A stretch of 63,332 nt of DNA, counting the filler, from Reclinomonas americana ATCC 50394 (Eukaryota), in NCBI GenBank assembly GCA_048213135.1. It is 12 parts of 12 records of this genome, joined end to end, with 100 filler letters (N's around TTAATTAATTAA, not from the genome) between each part and the next. Parts side by side here need not be neighbours in the genome. Positions count along the whole stretch, not along the records: positions 61,196 to 63,332 come from AFZH01022805.1; 11 more parts are not named here. One strand, written 5' to 3'. Of this stretch, positions 62,450-63,332 are shown in pieces. A program made the translations under genes and the position numbers. The notes under the pieces are model-generated. The model made no database searches. It had not been told where the DNA came from and saw nothing but the letters and a program-made list of their open reading frames with translations. Numbering within the stretch: the first letter of the stretch is position 1; every line of letters begins with the position of its first letter.

Positions 62450-62876
62450 CGTCCCCGTCGAAGACGACAACGACAGCGACGACGACGACGACGCAGAGGA
62501 GAGCTTCATGTCGGCGCAGCAGCTGCGTGCCCGCGCACGGAGTCACCGGGAACCAAAGCATCGCGTGTTCCCTTCGTTGCGTACACACATCGGCACGCCC
62601 ACCCTCCCTCTTTCCTTTTGCTAACCTCCCTCTCCCCCCAAACACAGACTCGGTCTGGTCGTGTCGGCAGTCTCGGAGCGCGGACCGAGCGATACGCCGA
62701 TGGAGACGGGACGCGACAAGAAGCGCACGAAGGCTGCGCAAAAGCTGACGCACGCTCGTCGACGTGGACTGCGCGTCTCCGCCAAGCAAAGGACACGAGC
62801 AACGTCGTTCTTTGCGCAAAAGCAGCGATCGGGCATTGCTGTGCCGGCCATGGTGTTCACCAGGGGAGAACGGTGA
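62450..62876 (+). CDS. Possible 3' exons of an acidic/basic low-complexity protein
   Basis: An exon-like segment VPVEDDNDSDDDDDAEESFMSAQQLR after a polypyrimidine-CAG, then a Lys/Arg-rich exon; the last frame is uncertain. Confidence 0.3.
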
Positions 62877-63016
62877 CAACACCACCACGAACAGCAACAA
62901 CAATAGCAGCAACAAACAAATGAAACGCCAAAAAAACAGTGCAATCACAGAGCGTTCTTCTTACTATCCCTTCTCCTCCACTTGATGTACACTTCGACTG
63001 TTACACACTACACGCA

Positions 63017-63332
63017 TCAAAACGCAGCAGCTCCTCGTTCGCTTTCCCACTTGTTCCAGAACTTGGCCGAGTCGAAATCACCATCCCCGCCACCGCCACC
63101 ACCGCCTCCTCCTCTTCCACTATAACCGTCACCGTCGTCGCCACCTCCACCACCGCCGCCACCAAACGTAATCGGCACATCTTCGCCGACCAGCGCTGCA
63201 TCGACACCCGCCAGCTGCGACAACACACAAAACAAGATTGAGCACTCACTCTCCTTCGCAGAAAACCGCCCTCTCTTCACAAATGCGCACCTGCGCCTGG
63301 TGCGGGAACGTACGCTCGTACAGCAGGGTCAA
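63017..63332 (-). CDS. Possible 3' end of a gene with a glycine-rich tail, entering from beyond the window
   Basis: A GT-AG intron at ~63214-63290 is followed by LAGVDAALVGEDVPITFGGGG...FWNKWESERGAAAF*. Confidence 0.35.

Overview
Gapped scaffold from an intron-rich, GC-rich microbial eukaryote; the organism cannot be identified from sequence alone. Twelve contigs are joined by an artificial 100-nt linker (44 N + TTAATTAATTAA + 44 N). GPATCH1 and a repeat gene run collinearly across these linkers, so at least part of the contig order is real. Contig 1 (1-12673) is a compact block with ~70-nt introns: TM9SF (3' part), an aldo-keto reductase, a VIT-VWA protein with an unusual polyproline/WH2-like/UIM-like insert, a GT61-like glycosyltransferase and eEF1B-gamma. 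Contig 2 (12774-28839) is almost all mobile DNA. It holds a non-LTR RT remnant, then a very large spliced Helitron2-type Rep-helicase gene (~3,600 aa, at least 9 introns) with an OTU-like protease domain inside its HUH Rep nuclease, and a co-oriented divergent OB-fold/RPA70-like gene upstream. Contigs 3-4 encode a giant protein with bacterial/phage-style Gly-rich, Ig-like and IPT-like modules, followed by at least 24 cadherin-like repeats, one per phase-1 exon, with block duplication. The rest holds a YihQ-like GH31 glycosidase, a TRAF-type zinc-finger protein, a spliced AAA-ATPase-like/PD-(D/E)xK gene, GPATCH1 and hypothetical genes with microsatellite-expanded introns. All gene models were spliced by eye, and domain calls rest on motif recognition, not database searches.
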